DNA of 64,000 nucleotides, from positions 1-64,000 of the forward strand of contig JASTWF010000351.1 in the NCBI GenBank assembly GCA_030390025.1, in the 5' to 3' direction. A program made the translations under genes and the position numbers. Under the pieces are notes generated by a model. The model saw only the letters and a list, made by a program, of their open reading frames with translations, was not told the DNA's origin and did no database searches. The stretch comes from Squalus acanthias (lineage: Eukaryota). Below, piece after piece: positions 12,804-23,079 of this stretch (positions are counted from its first letter, which is position 1; every line of letters starts with the position of its first letter).

Positions 12804-15755
12804 TCAGTATCCCGTCCCCGCCTTCTCTCCGTAACCCTTAACCCCTTTTGCCTGTAGAAATATATCTAATTCCCTCTTAAATATATTTAATGAGCTGGCG
12901 TACACTGCCCTCTGTGGCAATGAGTTCCACAGGTTCACCACTCTCTGAGTGAAGAAATTCCCCCTCATTTCTGTCCTAAATGGTTTAGCCCTTATCCTTA
13001 AATTATGTCCTCTAGTTCTGTTCTCACCCGCCAAGGGAAACATTCCTTCTGCATCTAATCTGTCTAGACCTGTCAGAATTTTATACACTTCTATGAGGTC
13101 CCCTCTCAATCTTCTAAACTCCAGTGTGTACATCCCTAAACTACATAGTCTCTCCTCATAGGTCAATCCCGCCATTCCTGGTATCAGCCTGGTGAATCGC
13201 CGCTGCACCCCCTCCATGGCAAGAACATCTTTCCTCAGATGAGGCGACCAAAACTGTACACAGTACTCGAGGTGTGGTCTCACCAGTGCCCTGTACAGCT
13301 GCAGCAAGGTATCCCTGTTCCTGTATTCCAACCCTTTTGCTATGAAGGCCAGCATACCGTTTGCCTTCTTGACCGCCTGTTGCACCTGCATGCTCGCCTT
13401 CAGTGACTGGTGTACAAGAACACCCAGGTCTCTCTGTACTTCCCCCTCTCCCAATTTATTGCCATTTAAATAATAATTTGCCCTCCCGTTCCTGCACCCA
13501 AGGTGGATAACTTCGCACTTGTCCACATTATAGTGCATCTGCCATTTATCCGCCCAATCACCCAGTCTGTCCAAATCGCTCTGGAGCTTCCTGGTCTCCT
13601 CCTCTGAGCCCACCCCCCCTCCTAGTTTAGTGTCGTCTGCAAATTTGGAAATGCTGCATTCGACTCCCTGATCCAGGTCATTAATATAAATTGTGAACAG
13701 CTGGGGACCCAGGACAGATCCCTGTGGTACCCCACTTGTTACTGCCTGCCATTCAGAAAATGAGCCGTTTATTCCAACTCTCTGTTTTCTATCTGACAGC
13801 CAGTTCTCTATCCACGTCAATACTTTCCCCTTTATCCCATGAGCTTCAATTTTCCATGCTAATCTTTTATGTGGGACCTTATCGAAGGCCTTTTGGAAGT
13901 CCAGGTACACCACATCTACTGGCTCTCCCCCATCTATTTTACCAGTTACTCCCTCAAAAAATTCCAATAGATTAGTCAAGCACGATTTACCCTTTGTAAA
14001 TCCATGTTGACTCTGTCCTATCCTGTCCCCATTTGCTAAGTGCTCGGCTATTTCATCCTTAATGATGGACTCCAGCATTTTGCCCACAACTGATGTAAGG
14101 CTTACAGGTCTGTAATTACCTGCTTTTTCCCTACCCCCCTTTTTGAATAGTGGGGTAACGTTAGCTACCCTCCAATCCATGGGCACTGTTCCCGAGTCTA
14201 ATGAATTCTGAAAAATCATGCTTAGTGCATCCGCTATCTCTAGGGCCACCTCCTTCAGTACCCTAGGATGCATGTTATCAGGCCCTGGGGATTTGTCCGC
14301 CTTCAATCCCTTTAGCTTCCTTAACACCATATCCTTAGAGATATTGATTTGCGTCAGTTCCTCCTTTGCCAATGTCCCTATTTTTCCCGATATCCCAGGG
14401 AGGTTTTTTGTGTCTTCCTTCGTAAAGACTGACCCAAAGTATGCATTTAGTTGGTCTGCCATTTCCTTATTTCCCATTATATATTCCCCCGTATCTGACT
14501 GCAATGGACCAACTTTGGTTTTCACCAGACTTTTCCTCTTGATATACTTATAAAAGCTTTTGGAGTTAGTTTTTATATTTTCCGCCAGCTTGCTTTCGTA
14601 AGCTATTTTGCCCTTCTTGATTAAGCCCTTTGCCCTCCTTTGCTCTATCTTAAACTGTTCCCAATCTTCCGCTCTGGCGCGTTTTTTGGCTATTTTATAC
14701 GCCCTATCTTTGGATTTTATGCTGTCTCTAATTTCCCCTGTTATCCACGGTTGAGTCACCTTTTTAGATTTCCTTTTATGCCAGATTGGTATAAACAATT
14801 TTTGCAATTTTGTCATTCTATCTTTAAATGCTTGCCATTGTTTATCTACCTCCAGTCCTCCCAGGAACGTTGTCCAATCAGACCTACTCAGTTCCCGTCT
14901 AATGGCATCATAATTCCCCTTGTTTAAATTCAGGACCTGAGTCTCTGAGTCAATTTCTTCGCTCTCCATTTCGAGTGAGAAATCGATCATGTTATGATCG
15001 CTCTGACCCAAGGGTCCCCGTACAACAAGATTACTAATTAGTCCCTTCTCATTGCACAGTACCCAGTCCAATATAGCCTGTTCCCGAGTTGGTTCCTCGA
15101 CATATTGATCCAGATAACCATCCCTTAAACACTCAAGGAATTCCTCCTCCTCATTATTTTTACTGATTAGGCTAGTCCAATCTATATGTAAGTTAAAGTC
15201 ACCTATGATGACAGCTGTGCTCTTATTGCACGCTTCTCTAATTTCCCTCGTGATGCCCTCCCCAACCTCTATTTTACTATTTGGAGGCCTATATACCACT
15301 CCTATTAATGTTTTTCGCCCCTCGCTATTTCTTAGCTCCACCCATATAGATTCTGTATTAACTGAGTTAATATCCTTCCTTTCAATTGCATTTATCCCCT
15401 CTTTTACCAGCAATGCTACCCCTCCTCCCTTTCTTTTTTGTCGATCCTTCCTAAATACTGAATACCCCTGTATGTTAAGCTCCCAGCCCTGCTCACCCTG
15501 CAACCATGTTTCCGTAATCCCAATTAGATCATAATTATTAACCTCTATTTCCACAGCTAATTCATCTACCTTGTTCCTGATGCTTCTCGCATTAAGGTAT
15601 AAAACCCTCAGGCTTTTTTTATGCTCACATTTTTTATGAATTAGTTTGGCCCTTTGTTTTTTGTTCCTCTCCTTTTTACCATTTATTTCTGTCTGCCTTT
15701 CACTTTCCTCTATTTCACTACATGGGTTTCTAGCCCCCTGCCATACTAGTTTAAA
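12804..15755 (-). CDS. CR1 ORF2 (APE endonuclease + reverse transcriptase), uninterrupted, no N-terminal ATG
   Basis: Frame is open from the TTTAAAC at 15755 (FKLVWQGARNP...LYLNARSIRNK...ITETW...GDFN...SDHN...QGSVLGP...FADD) to stop 12804. Confidence 0.9.
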   Translation of the reverse strand, partial: FKLVWQGARNPCSEIEESERQTEINGKKERNKKQRAKLIHKKCEHKKSLRVLYLNARSIRNKVDELAVEIEVNNYDLIGITETWLQGEQGWELNIQGYSVFRKDRQKRKGGGVALLVKEGINAIERKDINSVNTESIWVELRNSEGRKTLIGVVYRPPNSKIEVGEGITREIREACNKSTAVIIGDFNLHIDWTSLISKNNEEEEFLECLRDGYLDQYVEEPTREQAILDWVLCNEKGLISNLVVRGPLGQSDHNMIDFSLEMESEEIDSETQVLNLNKGNYDAIRRELSRSDWTTFLGGLEVDKQWQAFKDRMTKLQKLFIPIWHKRKSKKVTQPWITGEIRDSIKSKDRAYKIAKKRARAEDWEQFKIEQRRAKGLIKKGKIAYESKLAENIKTNSKSFYKYIKRKSLVKTKVGPLQSDTGEYIMGNKEMADQLNAYFGSVFTKEDTKNLPGISGKIGTLAKEELTQINISKDMVLRKLKGLKADKSPGPDNMHPRVLKEVALEIADALSMIFQNSLDSGTVPMDWRVANVTPLFKKGGREKAGNYRPVSLTSVVGKMLESIIKDEIAEHLANGDRIGQSQHGFTKGKSCLTNLLEFFEGVTGKIDGGEPVDVVYLDFQKAFDKVPHKRLAWKIEAHGIKGKVLTWIENWLSDRKQRVGINGSFSEWQAVTSGVPQGSVLGPQLFTIYINDLDQGVECSISKFADDTKLGGGVGSEEETRKLQSDLDRLGDWADKWQMHYNVDKCEVIHLGCRNGRANYYLNGNKLGEGEVQRDLGVLVHQSLKASMQVQQAVKKANGMLAFIAKGLEYRNRDTLLQLYRALVRPHLEYCVQFWSPHLRKDVLAMEGVQRRFTRLIPGMAGLTYEERLCSLGMYTLEFRRLRGDLIEVYKILTGLDRLDAEGMFPLAGENRTRGHNLRIRAKPFRTEMRGNFFTQRVVNLWNSLPQRAVYASSLNIFKRELDIFLQAKGVKGYGEKAGTGY

Positions 15756-16694
15756 TGCTCCCGAACTGCTTTATCAAAATTTACCCCGAGAACATCAGTT
15801 CCATCTTTGCACAGGTGTAGACCGTCCCTTTTGTATAGGTCACACCTACCACAAAACTGGTCCCAATGCCTCAAAAATTTAAAACCCTCCCTCTTACACC
15901 ACTGCTCAAGCCACGTATTTAGCCTAACTATCCTGTTCTCTGTACTCTTACTAGCACGTGGCACTGGTAGTAATCCAGAGATTACTACCTTCGAGGTCCT
16001 ACTTTTTAGCTTGGCTCCTAACTCCCTAAATTCTACTTGTAGGACCTCTTCCCTTTTTTTTAGCTACGTCGTTGGTACCAACATGTATCACGACAACTGG
16101 CTGTTCCCCCTCCCCCTCCAGAATGTTCTGCACCCGTGCCGAGACATCCTTGACCCTTGCACCAGGGAGGCAAATTACCATCCTGGAGTCTCGGTCGCGA
16201 CCACAGAAACTCCTATCTAATCCCCTTACAATCGAATCCCCTATTACTATAGCCCTGCCACTCTTTTTCCCTCCCTTCTTTGCAACAGAGCCAGTCATGG
16301 TGCCATGAGCCTGGCTGCTGGTGCCTTCCCCCGATGAGTCATCCCCCCCGACAACAGCACCTAAGGCGGTGAACCTGTTGCTGAGGGAGACAACCCCAGG
16401 GGATTCCTGCACTACCTTCCTGCCCTTGCTCTGCCTTTTGGTCACCCATGTACTATCTACTCTGGCCTTAACCTGCGGTGTGACCAACTCACTAAATGTG
16501 CTATTCACAACCCTCTCAGAATCGTGGATGCTCCAAAGTGAGTCCATCCGCAGCTCAAGGGCCGTCATGCGGTCCCACATGAGCTGCAGCTGGACACACT
16601 TCCCGCACACATGGTTGTCAGGGACACAGGAAGCGTCCATGATTTCCCACATGTTACAGGAGGAGCATGACACAGGTCCGAGCTCTACTGCCAT
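15746..16694 (-). CDS. CR1 ORF1 (N-terminal Cys finger, coiled coil, SGNH esterase); one frameshift in an 8-nt homopolymer at 16054-16061
   Basis: CSSCNMW...CGKC, IGDSIV, HVGTND and DGLHL motifs across two consecutive frames. Confidence 0.85.
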
Positions 16695-17863
16695 GACTTA
16701 ACCCTTATATTACTTATTAATTTTCTAGTTTTAGTTTATTTATTGACTTTTGTTTTCCCGAAGCTTACTTAGACCAATGTATACTGTACTCCTCTTATTC
16801 CTTTTTAAACTAACCAAATCGCACTAGTTTTAGTTGTACTTTCTAGGAAGGTTTGAGGAAAGTACTTACCAGTTAGTCTTACCTCCCTGGTCTTTCGCTG
16901 ACTTCCCGGTCTTGTGTCCCCTTGGTCCTACGCCGACTTCCCCGCTCCTCCCGGTTGCTGCTCTGCTGAAAAGAAACTGAGACCAAAAAATTTGTGACCT
17001 CTGTTTTTAGACTGCTAAAAGACTACTAGGTTAGAGGAGGAGGGCGGGTGGGGGTTCCTACTCTGTAGGAACTCGGGTTTAAGCCACCACCCTCCTTAAA
17101 TGCCGCTCCAACCAGGTCCGCTCCTCCTTCCCCGCTGCCGACCGCTCTGTGGGAGAAAAAGAAAGAAAGGCTCCTCCTCCGCCGCTGTCGACGCTGGTCT
17201 GAGGCCTACCTGAGCCTCGGGGCTCCCTTTATCGACTCGCCGCCGCTCCCGCCGCTCCAACCAGGTCCGCTCCTCCTTCCCCGCTGCCGACCGCTCTGTG
17301 GGAGAAAAAGAAAGAAAGGCTCCTCCTCCGCCGCTGACAGACCCGACATTTGGGAAAGGCGCGTGGCGGCGGGTTCACAGCGGGGTCCCGACCCGCTGGG
17401 GAAAAATCCATTTTCCCAGCCGACCCGCCACTGATCGCGCCCGCTGACCCCTGCAAAATTCCCCCCTCACTGGGAATGAATCTCACTCGGTCTAACAGCC
17501 CATATATTCAGGGACTGTCCGTAAATGTATTTATTAAATAAAGTGCTGTCTGTGTGAAGCCTTTAAATGTCCCTCAGTCCGGTCTCATTCCCTGATGATC
17601 AGAATTACCCTCCTAGAGCTCAGTGACCGGCCTCGTCATGTTTGGAGAAACTTGTCTCATTTCTGCTGCTCCTTAAATCCCGGATTTTATGGGAATGGGG
17701 CGAATTTCCCAGAATTAAATGATAAAGCGGTGATTCCCTGTACTTTATACTCTGTGCATTATATTAATCTGTATAATATCTCGGGGTGAGTTATATTGTG
17801 AAACGCTAACTGCTGCTGTAAAATCAGTCCCGCAGGATTTTATATAACAAGGAGAATTTATGC

Positions 17864-19172
17864 TGAAATAAAAACAGAAAATGCTGTAAATATCCAGCAG
17901 GTCAGGCAGCATCTATAGAGAGAGAAACAGAGTTAATGTTTCAGGTCGACGACCTTTCGTCAGAACTGGAAAAAGTTACAGATGTAACAGGTTTTTAAGC
18001 AAGTGTAGGGGCAGGGAAAGGTGGGGGGAGTGGAGGAAAGAACAAAAGGGAAGGTCTGTGATAGGGTGGAAGGCAGGAGAGATTAAAAGACAAAAGTGAT
18101 GATGGTTCAAGCAAAAGGTGATGGTAATGGGACAAGTTAAAAATCAAAAGATGAATCTAGATGAGGTGTGAATGGCAATGACAAAGTCATCAACAGCTGT
18201 CATGCGAGAGAAAAAAAGGGAAAAGGAAAAACAATAATGAAACAAATAAAATAGGGGTCGAGTTTATAGTCTGAAATTGTTGAACTCGATGTTGAGTCCA
18301 GAAGGCTGTAAAGTTCCTAATCGAAAGATGAGGTTCTGTTCCTTGATCTTATGTTGTACTTTGTTGGAAGAGTGTAAGAGGCTGAGAATGGAGAGATCAG
18401 AGTGGGAGTGGAGCTGAGAATTAAAGTGATAGGTGACCAGAAGCTCAGGGTCACTCTTACGGACTGAGCGGAGGTGTTCTGCAAAGCGGTCACCCAATCT
18501 CCGTTTTGTCTCCCCAGTGTAGCGGAGACCACATCGTGAGCAGTGAATACAGTATACTAAATTGCAAGAAGTACAAGTAAATCGCTGTTTCACCTGGAAG
18601 GAGTGTTTGGGGCCCTGGACAGTGGGAAGGGAGGAGTTAAAGGGCAGGTGTTGCATCTCCTGTGCTTGCACAGGAAGGTGCTGTGGGAAGGGGATGGGGT
18701 GCTGGGGTGATTGAGGAGTGGACCAGGGTGTCGTGGAGGGAGCGGTCCCTTCGGAATGCTGAAAGGGGAGTTGAGGGAAAGTTGTGTTTGGTGGTGGGAT
18801 CACGCTGGAGGTGGCGGAAATGGCGGAGGATTATCCGTTGAATGTGGAGGCTGCTGGGGTGAAAGGTGAGGACAAAGGGAACCCTATCGTGGTTCTGGGA
18901 GGGAGGGGAAGGGGTGAGAGCAGAAGAGCGGGGAATAGAATGGACACGGTCAAGGGCCATGTCAATCACGGTAGTGGGGAATCCTCAGTTGAGGAAAAAG
19001 GAAGACATGTCGGAAGCACGAGTATGGAACGTGGCATCATCAGAGCAGATGCGGCAGTGACGGGAAAACTGGGAGAATGGACCAGCGTCCTTACAGGAAG
19101 CGAGGTGGGAGGAAGTGTATTCCAGGTAGCTGTGGGAGTCAGAGGGCTTATAGTGAATGTTTGTCAATAGCA
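17864..19172 (-). mobile_element. Penelope-like element 3' part (RT C-terminus, GIY-YIG endonuclease, terminal repeat with hammerhead motif)
   Basis: HYKPSDSHSYL...SSH; LVYCIHCSRCGLRYTGETKRRLGDRFAEH...LQPSGLN. Minus strand agtt-CTGACGA-aaggtcgtcgacct-GAAAC near 17930-17967. Confidence 0.9.
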
Positions 19173-19888
19173 GCAATAGAGTTTGTTCTGTCCCGTTACA
19201 AGTTTTAAATCTCCCTGTGCTCCTAGTTTATAGGGGAGGGGAGTCTCTCACTTTATTCCCCATTAAACTGGCTCTACATTTATTTCAGGTGTAACTAGCC
19301 CAACAGTTTTTGGGGAATTTTTGGAAGTTCCCTCCCCGAGCGGGGCCTCACACACAGGGGGCGGATTATGGGGAATTCCCGGGTTCACTGCCCCCGGTTT
19401 ACCCAAGAGCCGCCCGCTGTGTGGGAGGCCCCACCGCTGGCCGGTGTGTGTCTGTACTCCAGTTAGATTGGAACCTTTTCACCGGCAGGTTTAAGATCCT
19501 GAATATCAATCTTTACTCAATGTTCAGGACTGTGTATAGTTGTAAACATTTACAGCTGAAAGAATTCCAGATTCCACAATATTCCCAATCCAGGAAACTA
19601 ACCCCTCGACAAGGCACACCCTGCACGGTATTGGAGTAAATATCGAACTGTTAGTCAGTTAAACTCGGGTTCCAGTCCTGTTTCTAGTTGAAATGGTGGA
19701 TGTGGAAAACATTTTAAATTCATTTTATCTTTACTGCCGGATTATATTTTATGTTTACATTCTGCTGTCCACCCTTATTATATATGATTTATTTTAATGA
19801 AATTATCAGACTCTCAGTGACCTGTATCTGCTTATCAGAGTGTAAAATCCCTACTTGTTCACAAGGATCCATTTTAGATTCTCCATCG

Positions 19889-22800
19889 AAACATAGAAGA
19901 TAGGAGCAGGAGTAGGCCATTCGGCCCCTCGAACCTGTTCCGCCATTCGATGAGATCATGGCTGATCATCCAAACTCAGGACCCTGTCCCTGCTTTCTCC
20001 CCATATCTCTTGATCTCTTAAGAAATATATCGAACTCCTTCTTGAATATATTTAATGAATTGGACTCAACTGTCTTCTGTGGTAGAGAATTCCACAGGTT
20101 CACCACTCTCTGGGTGAAGAAATTCCTCCTCATCTCAGTCCTAAATGGCTTACCGCTTATCCTTAGACTGTGACCCCTGGTTCTGGACTCCCCCACCATC
20201 AGGAACATCCTTCCTGCATCTAGTCTGTCTAGTCCTGTTAGAATTGTATAAGTTTCAATGAGATCCCCTCTCATTCTTCTAAACTCTAGCGAATACAAGC
20301 CCAATCGACCCAATCTCTCTTCATATGTCATTCCTGCCATCCCAGGTATCAGTCTGGTGAATATTCGATGCACTCTCTCCATGGCAAGAACATCCTTCCT
20401 CAGATAAGGTGACCAAAACTGCACACAATACTCAAGGTGTGGTTTCACCAAGGCCCTGTACAACTGCAGCAAGACATCCTTGCTCCTGTACTCGAATCCT
20501 CTCGCTATGAAGGCCAACATACCATTTGCCTTCTTAACCGCCTGCTGCACCTGCATGCTTACCTTCAGCGACTGGTGCACAAGGACACCCAGGTCTCATT
20601 GCACTTCCCCTTTTCCCAATCTATTGCCGTTCAGATAATAATCTGCCTTCCTGTTTTTGACACCAAAGTGGATAACCTCGCATTTATCCACATTATATTG
20701 CATCTGCCATGCTTCTGCCCAATCACCTAACCTGTCCAAATCATACTGGAGTTTCTCGGCATCCTCCTCACGACACACACTCCCACCCAGCTTTGTGTCG
20801 TCTGCAAACTTGGAGATATTACATCCAATTTCCTCGTCTAGATCATTAATATATATTGTGAATAGCTGGGGTCCTAGGACCGATCCCTGCGGTACCCCAC
20901 CAGTCACTGCCTGCCACTTGGAAAAAGACCCATTTATTCCAACTCTTTGCTTTCTGTCTGCCAACCAGTTCTCTATCCAATTCAATACTTTGCCCCAAAT
21001 CCCATGTGCCTTAACTTTACACGCTAATCTTTTTTGTGGGACCTTATCGAAAGCCTTCTGAAAGTCCAAATACACCACATTCACTGGTTCTCCCTTATCT
21101 ATCTTACCAGTTACATCCTCAAAAAATTCCAGTAGATTAGTCAAGCACGATTTACCTTTTGTAAATCCATGTTGATTTTGTTCGATTCTGTCACTGTTTT
21201 CCAAGTGCTCTGCTATTACATCTTTTATAATGGACTCTAGCATTTTCCCCACTACCGATGTCAGGCTTACCGGTCTATAATTCCCCGTTTTCTCTCTACC
21301 ACCTTTTTTGAATAGTGGGGTAACATTAGCTACCCTCCAATCCATGGGTACTGTTCCAGAGTCTATAGAATTTTGGAAGATGACCAGCAATGCTTCTACA
21401 ATTTCTATGGCCACTTTCTTAAGTACCCTAGGATGTAGATTATCAGGCCCTGGGGATTTATCGGCCTTCAATCCCGTCAATTTCCCTAACACTACTTCCC
21501 TACAAATACTGATTTCTTTCAGTTCCACCCTCTCATTAGACCCTATGTTCCCTGACATTTCTGGGAGTTATTTGTGTCCTCCTTTGTGAAGACAGAACCA
21601 AAGTATGTATTTAATTGGCCTGCCATTTCTTTGTTCCCCATTATAAATTCCACTGATTCTGACTGCAAGGGACCTACGCTTGACTTCACCAATCTTTTTC
21701 TCTTCACATATCTACAAAATCTTTTACAGTCAGTTTTTATGTTCCCTGCAAGCTTACTCTCATACTCTATTTCCCCCCTCTTAATTAATCCCTTTGTCCT
21801 TTGTTGCTGAATCCTATACAGCTCCCAATCCTCAGGTTTTCTGCTTTTTCTGGCCAATTTATATGTCCTCTCCTTGGATCTTATGCTATCCCTAATTTCA
21901 TTTGTTAGCCACGGTTGAGTCACCTTTTTTGTTTTATTTCTATGCCAAACTGGGATGAACAAATTCTGTAGTTCATTCATGCAATCTTTGAATGTTGCCA
22001 TTGCCTATCCACCGTCAACCCTTTGAGTGACATTCCCCAATCAATCCTACCCAACTCGCGCCTCATACCATCGTAGTTTCCTTCATTTAAATTCAGGACC
22101 ATAGGGCTGGATTTCGATACTGGGGCGGGTTGGGGTTGTGTCATCCGCATTTCGTGTTATCCACCCGCCTGCAATTGGATGTGGGAGATTGATGCAATTT
22201 TCACTTAATTGGGCAATTGAGTTCCAGCATGTGGGAACCCATGAACCAATTAGTGGTTTCAGTCTGAAAGTCGCCTCTGATGATGTCATCATTGCAAGTC
22301 AGAGACTGCCTGGTCTCAGAGATTGCCTGGCCTTTGCTGTGAGAGGACCTGGATGCAAAATGAGCAGCATCTCAGAGAGAGAGCGATAATTTTTTTTGCA
22401 ACCAAGTCCTCCCAGGCAGTCTCTGAAGACATTCAATGCAGCAGCATCAGAGGCGACTTTCAGACCGAATGCTACTACTACCTTCATCACAATACTACTA
22501 CTACCTTCATCACATCTCCATTGTAATAGTGGACCTGCAGCTGATAGTCAGCCATCCACTTGTGCTCCCGCCAGGTTTCACTGGCATGTTTCACATCAGG
22601 CGTATTTCACGTCGGAAAAGGATTAAACTAGCTAAAACGTTTCAAAATAGCATTACAGAGCCAATTTAGGGCTTGTTAAGGGCTTTAATGGCCTCTCCCG
22701 CCTCTTGGAGGCGGGACGGAGTCGGAAACCCCGCGACCGATTTTGTCAAAATTGCGTGGAGGCGGAATGGAGTCGGGATGGGGTCGGGACCCCTGAATCT

Positions 22801-23078
22801 GCAACTTTAACCCAATACGTGGGGTTACGGGGGTAGGGTGGGATATGTGTACTGTGGGGATTAAAGCAGGGACAGGGTACTGGATTTGAATGATCAGCCA
22901 TGATCGTATTGAATGGTGGAGCAGGCTCGACGGGCCGAATGGCCTACTCCTGCTCCTAGATTCTATGTTTCACATGCCTCCAAACCCGACTCCACGGGTC
23001 ATTGAAGATCCAGCCCCTAGTCTCTGAGTCAACTATTTCACTCTCCATCTTAATGAAGAATTCTATCATATTATGATC
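19889..23078 (-). mobile_element. CR1 LINE, 5'-truncated and decayed, interrupted by a MITE
   Basis: RT ORF pieces 19966-22001. Sequence resumes at 23017 exactly as in the uninterrupted copy at 32721 (aggaccctagtctctgagtc). Confidence 0.93.
22104..23016. mobile_element. Non-autonomous Harbinger-type element (MITE) containing a CR1 3' tail at about 22860-22970
   Basis: TIRs gggctggat...atccagccc; 3-bp target duplication ata/cta (22101-22103, 23017-23019). Right part homologous to 545-872. Confidence 0.85.
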
Positions 23079-23079
23079 G

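Larger units (their letters stand above)
12704..17336 (-). mobile_element. Near full-length CR1 LINE
   Basis: GC-rich 5'UTR, ORF1, ORF2, 3'UTR and (tatctatg)n tail. ccgccgct occurs at both junctions. Confidence 0.95.
11553..17467. mobile_element. Internally deleted Harbinger derivative (11553-12703 plus 17337-17467), split by a CR1
   Basis: Plus strand VRRIRLQWHKPFNGLSRSR resembles the Myb/SANT accessory-protein helix. Minus strand from 12310 is a Gln/His-rich transposase-like N-terminus joined to a C-terminal-like RVARDGLTMGRY. GC-rich subterminal region ends in aaaattcccccc. Confidence 0.55.
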
